Assembly (NCBI RefSeq): GCF_048593235.1
Contig: NC_133622.1
Span: 193,161,198 to 193,225,197, forward strand
Direction of reading: 5' to 3'
DNA: 64,000 nucleotides
Origin: Sminthopsis crassicaudata
Taxonomy: Eukaryota
The notes under the pieces are model-generated. The model worked only from the letters and a program-made list of their open reading frames with translations. It was not told the DNA's origin and ran no database searches. Made by a program: the position numbers and the translations under genes. This document shows positions 27,801-37,010 of this stretch, one piece after another; within the stretch, counting starts at the first letter, position 1, and each line of letters begins with the position of its first letter.

Positions 27801-29850
27801 GCCTTCCCAGGGAGGAAGCCTCCAGCGGAACACTGACCCCATATTGTGCCCCCTCCAGAGCCCCACATCCTGAGCCTGCGATGAAACAAGACTGAGGATG
27901 GAGCCAGAGAGAGACAGGCAAACCATGAGGTGGCAGCATTGAGCCCACTAGACCTTGAAGAGGCCCAGCCAGGCCCTGAGGATGCAATCCTGAGGCTCTC
28001 CCAGCCTCCCTTGGAGGCTCCTGGCATAGGAGGCTGTGGCCGGGAAGCCTGACTGCCCAGGAACGTTCTCGTGTATTCCCAGCCCAGACTTCTCTCTTCT
28101 GGAAGGCCAGAAGACATGCTGCTCCTATCTTTGGGGCGCCCCTCTCCTGGTCTTAGTTCACACTGGCCACCTGGGTCTCGGGCAGAGTCTACGTTCCTGG
28201 GACAGCGCCCCTCTGGGCCGGGCCAAGCAGAATGACCAGTACCTCTGTGTTCCCAAGGATGCTCACTCTCCTCACACACATTCTGTGACTTCCCAGAGTA
28301 ACTGGCTCTGTCACCCAGGCTGGTTATTATTTTTAGGCCCCCTAACATTTCTCACACCTTGTGTAATTGTTCTCAGTTCCTATTAATCTTCCCCAGAAGG
28401 TTAAATGAAATAATATTTATAGAGCACCTAGCACAGTTCTTAGCATATAGTAGAGATTCAATAAATGCTTCTTCTTTTCCTTTCTCCTTTTCTCAGAACA
28501 CCTTGGATGGCCTAGAGGTAGCTTCCATCTACAATCCCCTGCAGACTAATGGCCATCTATATGAACACCTGAGAAGCATCTTGTCCAAGCCCCAGGGGCT
28601 ACTCACTCCAGGTCGGGAGGTCCGCCCCCCCAGACAGGTATGGCCCCCAGACTCACCAGAAACCAGGACTTAAAGGCCCAGAATCCCTTATGCCAGTCCA
28701 GGATTTAAAGGCCCAGAATCCCTTATGCCAGTCCAGGACTTAAAGGCCCAGAATCCCTTATGCCAGTCCAGGACTTAAAGGCCCAGAATCCCTTATGCCA
28801 GTCCCAGGGGCCCCCCACCAGCCCTCATTCCTGAATCTAGTGCCCAGGCAAAATGAAGCCCCTTCTTCAGTGCTTCCTGACCAAGGCTTTTTCTCCTTGA
28901 GACCCCTTTTCCCCAGATGAATTTTTACATGACCCATCTCCAATCCGAGCCAAGGTGTTTCCACCAGTGTTTCTGCATGGGCAGTGAAAAGTTCAGAACC
29001 AAGGCTGCGATTGAGTTGTGATGCAGCATGGACAAGTGCTGACAGAAACACCTCAGATCCAATGCTCTCCCACTGTACAAACTACTTCTTAGCCCAAGAA
29101 GAGAGAGGGATGAGGGCCTGAGTAAGAGGATTGACCGAGGCAATGGAAAGGAACAAATTTGAGAAATACCCTTTAGACTGGCCATCAGCAAGAGTTGGCA
29201 TTCCCTCAGCTTCTAAGGCCAGAAAGTTGGGAGCATGGTGGGACTTGAAGCAGGAAGGGGGAAGTTATGAGGGAGAGAAACAGGCTCACCTTACAGAGTA
29301 GGCAGGATAGGCAGGGGAAGTGTGATGTTTCTTTCTCTTATTTTGTTGGTTTAAAAAAACTTCCTAAACCTCAGCCTTATCTCAGCTGAAATCAAGGAAG
29401 CGGTTACCGAGGACTGAGAGGGCATGGGGCCTGTGCCCGGGTATCGAGGGTGTGGGGATCCAGCTTTGGGACTGGCAAGGTGGAGCTGGAAGGAAGGCTA
29501 AGAACCACGAGACTTGTTGGATAGCTTTGTCTGAAAGGCAGGGAAGCTCCAGACCGTATCCCTTCAGGCCAATGATCAGTATTTAGTGTGCTAGGTCAAG
29601 AGAAGGCAATGTTGGATGATATTCATCAGGGCTCCCAATCCCTGGGGAACCTGCCCCTTTGCCCCCAAGAAAGCCTTGCTTCCTCCCTCTACAGGTTGGA
29701 AGGCTGCATCCAAACCGAGCCCGAGCTATGGTGCCCCCTCTGCCCCTGGTGCCAGCGCTGGCTCCTTCAAGGGCCCAGAAGATGCCAGCAGCTAAAGGGG
29801 AATCCTCAGAGTCTGTGCTGTTGCTTTCAGATGATGAACAGTTTTTCTGA
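3875..29850 (+). CDS. M1AP: Meiosis 1 associated protein, 3' part (last six coding exons; earlier exons lie upstream of the window)
   Basis: Exons 3875-4048, 13246-13390, 17668-17809, 24741-24947, 28497-28637 and 29695-29850 (TGA), all AG/GT bounded, with phases 1,1,2,0,0,0 joining in one frame. Peptides SILGTEIDLQIIENDIVSIESFFKAWL, CLKCDLQERLL, YGLPFIIRPTSCWQLDWDELDTNQQRFHALCHSL, KREWLLLAKGEP and YNPLQTNGHLYEHL match human M1AP as recalled. Position next to DOK1 fits synteny. Confidence 0.95.
4650..5330 (+). mobile_element. Ancient CR1/L3 LINE ORF2 relic, interrupted by unrelated sequence at about 4880-5190
   Basis: Decayed TKGTTSLDLILTNKE and LNFWRADFK segments typical of the CR1 endonuclease-RT linker. 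Confidence 0.6.
5620..5800 (+). mobile_element. LINE-1 3' terminus (dasyurid-type)
   Basis: GGGGAAGGGGTGGAGGG...CAGAAGTGAGTGCAAGGGATAATGTTGTAAAAAATTACC and an A-rich tail. Family recognised from memory. Confidence 0.7.
5985..6500 (-). mobile_element. LINE-1 3' region relic, antisense
   Basis: T-rich head followed by the reverse complement of the L1 ORF2 end/3' UTR. Boundaries approximate. Confidence 0.7.
6800..8230 (+). mobile_element. Degenerate LINE-1 fragments (ORF1-like part and 3' UTR), interrupted by a SINE
   Basis: A-rich decayed ORF1-like segment (IVTRFQ...KEK...KAAK) followed by L1 3' UTR-like sequence. Boundaries approximate. Confidence 0.5.
7698..7823 (+). mobile_element. WSINE1-type marsupial SINE (internally deleted)
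   Basis: GGGGCAGCTAGGTGGCACAGTGG...TCAGGAGGACCAGAGTTCAAATGTGATCTCAGACACTTAACAC...GGCAAGTCACTTAACCCC and an A tail. Confidence 0.8.
8693..8870 (+). mobile_element. MIR-family SINE
   Basis: CTAGACCTGGAATCAGGAG...CTGTAAAATAGGAGAAATAATAGTACC...TTGTTATGAGGATCA...AAAGTGCTTAGCA. Further MIR-like copies at about 13690-13850, 16545-16760 (-), 21725-21950, 37855-38000, 40010-40310 and 49540-49740 (-). Confidence 0.7.
9918..10160 (+). mobile_element. Mar1-like CORE-SINE
   Basis: tRNA-like head, CORE (TGTGACCCTGGATAAGTCACTTAACC...TTTCCTCATCTGTAAAA) and an RTE-like tail (GAAATGGCAAACTACTCTGGTATCTCTGCC). Confidence 0.75.
11704..12185 (+). mobile_element. 5'-truncated marsupial LINE-1 3' end with target-site duplication
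   Basis: L1 3' UTR (GAAATGACCAGCAGGAGGAATACAGAGAGGCTTGG..., G-rich end, A tail) flanked by a 19-bp TSD AAAAATTATAATATTTTTA at 11685 and 12186. TTTT/AAAA endonuclease site. Confidence 0.88.
12380..12725 (+). mobile_element. LINE-1 3' fragment
   Basis: ACATGAACTGAAGCTGAGCGAAACAAGCAGAACCAGG...CATGATTCATAAAGCAATGTGTATTAAAAATAAA. Confidence 0.75.
14540..14960 (+). mobile_element. LINE-1 3' fragment (same subfamily as 12380-12725)
   Basis: Shared 3' UTR and terminus with an A-rich tail. Confidence 0.75.
18572..18723. other. Assembly gap (152 N)
   Basis: Run of N in an M1AP intron. Confidence 1.
18945..19145 (-). mobile_element. Mar1-like CORE-SINE, antisense
   Basis: Reverse complement of the Mar1 tail and core. 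Similar antisense copies at about 1-135, 40355-40545 and 43390-43640. Confidence 0.7.
20840..21190 (+). mobile_element. Ancient CR1/L3 RT-domain relic
   Basis: Decayed ADVLLVFREG..D.GNRCPI...ILEKIIRQ and DFIKVFNKV motifs of the CR1 RT. Confidence 0.6.
22903..23492. other. Assembly gap (590 N)
   Basis: Run of N in an M1AP intron. Confidence 1.
25491..25535. repeat. Compound (TCTA)n/(TAGATA)n microsatellite
   Basis: tctatctgtctatctatctatctagatatagatatagatataga. Confidence 0.8.
25825..26397 (+). mobile_element. LINE-1 ORF2 C-terminus/3' UTR relic
   Basis: ILESNLELCPK...PFDPAVSLLGLYPKE-like decayed coding sequence followed by the 3' UTR. Confidence 0.75.
26398..26545 (+). mobile_element. WSINE1-type marsupial SINE
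   Basis: GGGGCAGCTAGGTGGTGAAGTGGATAGAGCACCAGCCCTGAAGTCAGGAGGACCTGAGTTCAAATG... Confidence 0.85.
27158..27230 (+). mobile_element. 73-bp extreme 5'-truncated LINE-1 tail with TSD
   Basis: Same 3' terminus as the copies ending at about 12725 and 14950. 14-bp TSD AAAAAGAGGCTTAT at 27144 and 27231. Confidence 0.85.
28663..28802. repeat. 35-bp minisatellite, 4 copies
   Basis: Unit CCAGGACTTAAAGGCCCAGAATCCCTTATGCCAGT, with one C>T in copy 2. Confidence 0.96.
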
Positions 29851-30165
29851 GAGCCCGGTTGCCTCAGGCCCACTCATGGCAAAGCCCCCCAAAGTGCAGG
29901 GAAGTGTGCAGGTCTGGCCATCTTCCTCTTCCCCAAACACCTGGGTGCATCAGGCAGAACGCTCACGTGTAGAGAGCAGTGGGATCCATCTGTCCCAGAA
30001 TGTTAGCTCAGGTTGTTTCAGGAGCCAGAGGTGACGGGAAACCTTCCCTGACAGGATGCACTCAGGTACTGTCCCCTTCTGGCAGAGGGCCGGCCCAGAT
30101 ACCTGAAGGCCAGAGCCCAGTTTCACAATAACCTTGCTCCTATACCAAGCTTTGTTTTCCCACCG

Positions 30166-30171
30166 AATAAA
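30166..30171 (+). terminator. Probable M1AP polyadenylation signal
   Basis: AATAAA about 315 nt after the M1AP stop, followed by T/GT-rich sequence. Confidence 0.7.
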
Positions 30172-30664
30172 AAGCAGTTTTTCCTACTCATAGCCTTGAT
30201 GTGTGAATAGGTGCGCTGGGTTTGGGAAATTGTGCCTTGAACAACAGAAACTTGGTTTATGGAGCCCGGACCACCAAGGAGGCCAGCAGAGGGGCCCGCC
30301 AGATGTCAGAGTAACAGTGTGGCCGGGTATATTGCATGCTACAGTGGTGGCCCGAGGTCCCGGTCAGATGCTGCCAGGGGGGCTCAGACACGGGCGCTCC
30401 CTTCCCAAGTGTAGTCCAGCCCACACGTGGAGGGAAGGGCTCAATGACTGTGTGAGACCCTGGGGATCTAAGAGGAACCAGACGAGCCAATCCTCTCCTG
30501 CCCCGTCCCATACCTCCGGCCCCTGCCTCCCTCCCACCACCCCTCTCCTGCTCTCCGTACCTCCCACCACTTAACCCCAAAGCCAGCTGCAGTGTCCGGG
30601 CTGTGTCCTGTGTGCTGGTCACTCATGCAGACACGGCCTTTTCAGAGCTCTGGCCTCAAGTGAC

Positions 30665-30670
30665 TTTAAT
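30665..30670 (-). terminator. Probable DOK1 polyadenylation signal (ATTAAA)
   Basis: TTTAAT on + reads ATTAAA on -, about 390 nt past the DOK1 stop. I saw no nearer canonical hexamer. Confidence 0.5.
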
Positions 30671-31059
30671 GAGTTTGAGTATCAGTAAGCCATTAAGCAG
30701 GTCAGCATCGGGAGACTAGGTTCCTTCCAGGCCACCCCACCCCGACACACCCAACAACTAGTCAGGAGTCCCAGCAGGGGAACCCAGAGGCTCCCGTCCT
30801 GGCCAGGGCTCGGCCCCAACATCAGACTCCTCCTCCCGGGCTCTCGGCCGTTACAGGCCTGGTCACTAGACCCAAGACCTGCCTCATGGCCACAAGGTCT
30901 GGTCCTTGGAATCCTGCCCCACATGGCTTTTCCTAGGTCTGAACCTTGATTCCCTGATCCCACCTAGCTCCCCTCTCTCCTGAGGGGTCACCCTTCTCCC
31001 CAGTTCATATAGATGACCTCTTAGCACCCACTGAGGCCCTCCAAGCCCCAGCCAAGTCT

Positions 31060-33965
31060 TCACATTGGTCCTTCTGATCTCATCCCAGTCCTCATTTGAG
31101 ATCCGCTCTCAGGCCCCCCCTGGTCCAAGCCCTTGGCTGCAGCCCCCTTCAGGACCCGACTGTACAGTGGGAGTCCCTGGCTGCCGGGGCTGTTAGGCCC
31201 GGGGAGCAGCTGGGGTTTGGGGGGCGGGATGGGCTTGAGGTTCCTCAGAGGGGGTACTGCATAGTCGTCCATGCTGGGGTTATAGGGAAGCTCATAGCCC
31301 TCCTCCTGCGCCCGAGCTCGCTGGCACCAGGCATCCCGGGGCTCCTGGGGCTTGTCATAAAGCCCTGGAGACGGGGCTGGACTCTGGCCTTCAGGCTCAT
31401 CATAAATGGGCTCCTTCTTGGCTCCTCCCAGCTTTGTGTCTTTGAGCTGTTGCTGCACTTGGTCAAACAAGCCCCAGTAGAGGGGGGAGCTGCCACCAGC
31501 CCCAGGTCCTGTCCTCTGGCCCGAACTATCCACAGGATCTGAGTACAGGGGGTCTGAGGAGGGGTTGGGCAGTGCCCGCAGGGCATCCAAGGGTTCCGAG
31601 TACAAGGCGGGGCCGTCAGCAGCGTGGGGACCTTCGAGGCCGTAGGGTGCAGGAGGCACTGCTCCGGGTCCTGCCATCCCCGCCTCCAATGAGCCCAGGC
31701 ACTGCTGGTCCTGGCCTGGCCCAGGCCCAGCAATGCCAGCTTGAGCCTTTTGCCTTTGGATGGCAGCCTCCACCGCCTGAAAGATGTCGTTGCCCTGTGA
31801 GGTCTGGAAAGTGAAGGTCCCAGGGCCCGAGGGGCACCTCCGCCCGGCCTCAAAGGAGAACATGGCCTGGAGGCAGAGGGGAAGAAGGAGACCCTCAGCC
31901 ACAGAGCATGCAGAGATGGCCGGTTCATCATGCTGAGGAGAGAAGGTCTGAGCCACGTTCACACTAGTGGCTCTCCCTACTCTCCATGCTGGCACAATGG
32001 GGGCACAAAGGAGGAACTAGTCTCATGGCTGCAGCAAAGGGGCACTCACCAACCTCTCCTAGTCCTCCATATATCCTCTGCTTCCTGAGCCTGAGCCCAA
32101 GTTTTGGTGGCCCATCCCAAGCTCTTACCCGATCCCGGCCATAGCGACGGAGCAGAGTGTAGGGCCAGGAGAGCAGGGGTTCCTTCTTCTGCCCCTGTCC
32201 CCCCAGCATCAGGAGACTAAGGCCACTGGCCTCCACCCTGAGCACGTAGTGTCCCTGCAATCTGCAATGTTCAGACGCCTCTGTTTTCTGTATAGTGACC
32301 CAAAACTCACACCCTGGGAGAGAAAAAGGGACATTCCCAGATGGAGAGGACCTGCAGACTGGACTCTACCCACAGGAGCTTCTCTCCCCCTTCCCCCAGT
32401 CAGAATCCCTATTCCAACCCTTGGGATGCTAGCCCTCCCGTGTTCTCCTGGTCTTCTCTCTCCCCATCCCTTTCTCCTTTCACCCCTACCTTGCCCATGG
32501 GGGCTGTACAGGGAGTTCTCCTGCATCTCCATTGTAGAGGGCCCAGAGGAGCTTTCTCCTGGAGACTGGGACCAGCAGCCTTTCTGCAGGAGAAAAAGTA
32601 TCAATGATCCCATAATGTCCTCCAGCTGGGGTCTGAGCCCAATCAAGTTGAAAGGGAAATGGGGGGGGGAGCTTGGGGAACATTGACCTTGAACTTTTCC
32701 CCCTCACTAAATGGACTCCCCTGGCCAGCCCACTCTCTCTCCTCTCACCGGAAAGGCTGTCTGGCAGAGTATCTGCACCCAGGCCACACTGGCAGGGCCC
32801 TCGGCCGCCAGGAGGTGGGAGCGCTGAGCGGTGTCCAGTCGGAAGGCCGATGTGCCGGGCCCTGGGGGGCTGTCCAAGGCCACGGGGGCCACGCTCACAC
32901 AGTCCGACAAGCGAATCACCCGGCAGTCCAGTCTTCGGGAGCCTCCCCACCCGCCTCCAGAGCCTGACCCTTTGTGCTCAAAGAACTCAAGCCGGGCCAC
33001 GCCATTGGGGCTGGAGGGGTACAAGACTGCCCAGGTCTTTTTCCACTTCTGGGGCGGGGAGAAAATACTTTTAGAAGCTATTTGGGGAGGGGAGGACATA
33101 AGGAAGAAACTTGGGAAAGGGGATGCCCAGGACTTCCTCTGCCTCTACGGGTGGGTTGGAGCGAGCATAGAGGGAGATTCAAGGAAACCCACAAGAAAAA
33201 GGAAAACAAGTAGACACTGGGGGAAAGGGGCACGGAAGGATCCTGGCAGGGAGGGAGCGTACGGGAAAACACGGGGCACACCAAAGGAGCGGCTCTATTT
33301 GTAATATATCTTATCTTCCTACCCCGTCTGTTTTGGGGGATGGAGTGAAACCCCGGTGAGGAGCTCTGTGTAAGAAACGCAGGAAATGAGAGGATAAATG
33401 AAGGGGCAAGAGGGACTAAATATAACGGCCGGCCCTGATTCACGCCCCCTCACACTGAAGAGAGGTGGGCAGAGAGAGAGAGAAGGCAAAGGGACTCCGT
33501 GCAGAACAGGGCAGCGCCTCTGCCCGGGGGAAGCAGAGGAGGGGCTGAGAGGGAGCAGCTGGGGCGCTGGGAACGCGGCTGGGCCAGCCCAGGTCTCCAG
33601 CTTCCGAGGGAGGACGCTCAGGGAAGACCCCAGACCAGGGCCGAGGCTGCGGCCCTCCCCCACCCCGCTCCCCGGCAGAGGTGGGGTTTCCTAAAGGAGG
33701 CGGAGTTCTCTGGTGGGGGTGGGCGTATTTCCGTCCGGCCGAGGCTGGAGGAAGCGTGGAGGGGTTGGGACTTCCTCCGGAGTTTGGGGAGATCTGACCT
33801 CGGACCCCGCTCCTCCTCGCTCTCCCCCCAGCCCGGTCGCCCCGGGGGGTCCCCCAGCCAGTTGCCCCGCGCCCCCGCCCCTGCCGCCACCTTGGCCCCG
33901 AAGCGCTGGCTCTGCACGAAGAGCGGTCCCTCCATGGCAGCCCCGTCCATGGCGGCCCCGTCCAT
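31060..33965 (-). CDS. DOK1: Docking protein 1 (PH + PTB adaptor), 5 exons, 486 aa
   Basis: Exons (minus) 33965-33891, 33048-32749, 32583-32490, 32313-32129 and 31866-31060 total 1461 nt. Motifs MEGPLFVQSQRFG, KWKKTWAVLYP, WPYTLLRRYGRD, MFSFEAGRRCPSGPG and C-terminal tyrosine motifs YSEP, YSDP, YDEP, YELP, YAVP. Confidence 0.97.
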
Positions 33966-35060
33966 GGCCCCAGGCGGCTCCGGACGCTTCCTGGCGCTGA
34001 GGGGCGGGGGCGGGGCGGAGCCCGCGGGGCGGGACCGGGGTGGGAGGGATCACCGCCGGCCGCCCCCCCCCCGTCCCCTCCCCCGCCCCGAGGGCCGGCG
34101 CTCGGAGGCCGGAATTCCTGCGGGAACAAGGAGACGAAGACTGGACGGGAGCCGCCGGGACGGCCAACATTCCTGCGGCCGGCCCCGACGCCCGAAATGG
34201 AAAGAAGTGGCAGGGCTCAGGAAACGCACCCCGCCCCCCAGACGTCCACACTCACCCTACACACCCTCAGCCCCCTCCTCCCGGGGCTGCCCCGCAAACC
34301 CAGCACGCGAGCCTTGAGTGCCCATTGTGTGCGGGCCCGAGCGCCCTCCCTTCCGCACCCCGGGCGCCCCAGAGCCGATTTCCAGCTCTGCCAGGAACCT
34401 GCCCCGGCGCAAGGGTCCCTGGCAGGCCCTGGGATCTCGGACAGATGCGGTCCCGGCCCAAGTCCCCGGTCCCGGGCAGCCTCTGAGCGGTCCCGGCCCA
34501 AGTCCCGGTCCCGGGCAGCCTCTGAGCGGTACCAGCCCAAGTCCCGGTCCCGGGCAGCCTCTGAGCGGTCCCGGCCCAAGTCCCCGGTCCCGGGCAGCCT
34601 CTGAGCGGTCCCGGCCCAAGTCCCGGTCCCGAGTAGCTTCTGAGCGGTCCCGGCCCAAGTCCCCGGTCCCGGGCAGCCTCTGAGCGGTACCAGCCCCAAG
34701 TCCCGGTCCCGGGCAGCTTCTGAGCGGTCCCGGCCCAAGTCCCCGGTCCCGGGCAGCTTCTGAGCGGTCCCGGCCCAAGTCCCGGTCCCGGGCAGCCTCT
34801 GAGCGGTCCCGGCCCAAGTCCCCGGTCCCGGGCAGCTTCTGAGCGGTACCAGTCCCAAATCCCGGTCCCGGGCAGCCTCTGAGTGGTCCCGGCCCAAGTC
34901 CCCGGTCCCGGGCAGTCTCTGAGTGGTCCCAGCCCCAGAAGACAACTAAATCTCCCCTCCCCCCCAGCTTCCCCGAGATTCCAAGTTAGACCCAGACAAA
35001 TAGCTACATCAGTGGCTCAGACAGACGCGAGTGCTGGGAGGCTTAGCGCGCAGCACATAG
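33480..35060. promoter_or_regulatory. CpG island over DOK1 exon 1 and the divergent DOK1/LOXL3 promoter region
   Basis: Visibly very high GC and CpG density, with GC boxes (GGGGCGGGGGCGGGGCGG at about 34000). Boundaries approximate. Confidence 0.75.
34447..34936. repeat. CpG-rich minisatellite, 12 full units of 39-40 bp plus a partial unit
   Basis: Consensus GCGGTCCCGGCCCAAGTCCCCGGTCCCGGGCAGCCTCTGA. Units start at 34447, 34487, 34526, 34565, 34605, 34644, 34684, 34724, 34764, 34803, 34843, 34883 and 34923. Confidence 0.97.
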
Positions 35061-35087
35061 TAGGTGTTTATAATGCGTATTGACCTG

Positions 35088-35088
<1 letters not shown>

Positions 35089-35120
<32 letters not shown>
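35089..35120. repeat. (AC)16 microsatellite
   Basis: Read directly from the sequence. Confidence 0.95.
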
Positions 35121-35123
<3 letters not shown>

Positions 35124-37010
35124 TGCACTACTGTTCAGTGTCTGTGCGAGCTACATGCTTTCCCAAAACCGCAGGGGGTGCCTGATGGAAGAAGGCAGGG
35201 ATCTTGGGGGATGGGCGAAGGAAAGAAGTTCGAGAAGTGAAAAGAAGGCTTCTCCAAGTCCAAAGCCAGGGGCTTCGCCCCACACGGGCCCCCGCGTGTC
35301 CTCCAGCCCCAGCCAGCCAGGGAAGAAAGCTTCATTGAGCCCGAGCGGCCAGGGGAGGAGGGGGAGGCGAGGCTGGGGCCTGGCTGGCCAGGGAGGGGGA
35401 GGGACGGACTGAGTGGTACGGTGGGAGGGATTGAGGGAGGGGCGTCCACTCTCCCAGGGCCCGGCACTTTCTTGGAAGTCCAGGATTAAGCTCCGAGGCC
35501 AGGGCTGAAGTCCCCCCATCCCATTCCTTCGGAGGCAACTTCCAGCCCAGAGGTAGGAGCGCTTGGAGAGAGGGAAACAAAACAAACAAACAGGGAAAGG
35601 AAGAATGAGGGGGGCTGAGAGGGTGGACCATGATCACTGGGAAAGAAGTGGGAGCGCATGGAGCTTGGGGGGCAGCGGGGGATGGGATTTAGAAAGATGG
35701 GAGCCGGGGGAGGGGTGTAGGAAAGCGAGGGGTGTTCGGGAAAGTGAAGGGGGATATAGGAGAGTGCAGGAAATGGGGGACTCAGGTAATGAGGATGAAG
35801 AAACAAACAGGAGGGCGCTGGAGGCAGGAAAGGTGGGGTTCATGAACGTAGGATGGGGGACAGGAGGCACAGAGGGCTTAGGGGGATGAAGATAATGGAT
35901 ATCTGAAGATGTTCAGACCTTCTGTTATTGGTCCCTCTGACACATAGAGGAGTCTTTTGATGACCAGTGCAGGGGAAGTGGGGGAGAGGGAAAGGTCAAA
36001 GGGGACCAGCCTGGCCAGGAGCAAGGAATGTGGCAGCCCGGGGAGGGGATAAGGACAGCGTCTGAGGGTCGGGCAGGGTAGGAGGCCAGCAGGGTGGAAA
36101 GGGAAAAAGAGGACAGCAGTTTGTGCTGGGAGTCTGGCCCAGAAAAGTCAAAGTTTCCATAGAGGGCTGGAGGGGAGGGAGAGGAGAAGGCTAGAGCTGA
36201 GATGGGGGTTGGGGGAGAGGGCGTGAGGGCAGGGAGAGGGGATGTGACAGGGTCTGGTTTGCTCCCACCAAAGACTCCTCTACAGGAGAGGGAAATGCCC
36301 CAAAGTCAGCTGCTCCTATCCTATCCCATCCCCCGGGGACCGGGCCAGTCTCTCTGGCCTAGTCTCTGTTGCCTCAGTAACAGCTTGGACCTTAGCACTC
36401 CTTCTTTCTCCTTTCCTCCCTCCTTCCCAGTGGCTCCCACTGCCCCGCCCCATCCACTCAACCCTGGTCCCTCTGGGTCCCCATGCTCCCCTGGGACAGG
36501 TAGCCAAGGAGCCTGAGTGTCACTGGGTGACACCATCCATGTTTCCTGTGTCACTGTCAACATCCTCTTTACTGGTGTGGGTAGCAGCTGTGTGTGATCC
36601 ATGGACTAAAATTATGATGGATGCCTGTGTGTACATGTGTGTGTAAAAGGGCGTGAATTGTGTGCAGCAGGTATGTTTCTCCCACCCTCTCCTGCACATG
36701 GAGCTATAAAGACCTGCTTTCAGTCTCCCAAAATAGAAACCTGGCTCATTGATTTCTCACTATTCTTCTTCCATCATTTGCACACTCTCTAGGCTAGTTA
36801 ATGTCTGTCATTCCTCATCGGGTGAGTTCACAGGGCATCTCCTTCCCTCCCTCTCTCACCGGGTCTCTCCGAGTTACTCTGTGGCTCGTTTTCTGTCTCT
36901 CTGTGTTATTAAAGCTGTTATGTCTCTCATTCTCTTAGCCCAGGTCTCCACTCTCTATCTCGTCACCATCTCACTATAACTAAAGTCTGGGTTTCTATTT
37001 CTCTTAGACC

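Noticed and set aside
28663-28802. Direct repeats resembling a CRISPR array (also 34447-34936)
   Set aside because: Head-to-tail tandem units with no unique spacers, in a mammalian genome.
34217-34945. Long ORFs (242, 186, 135 and 121 aa) on both strands
   Set aside because: They are translations of the GC-rich minisatellite; the repeated peptides track the 39-40 bp unit.
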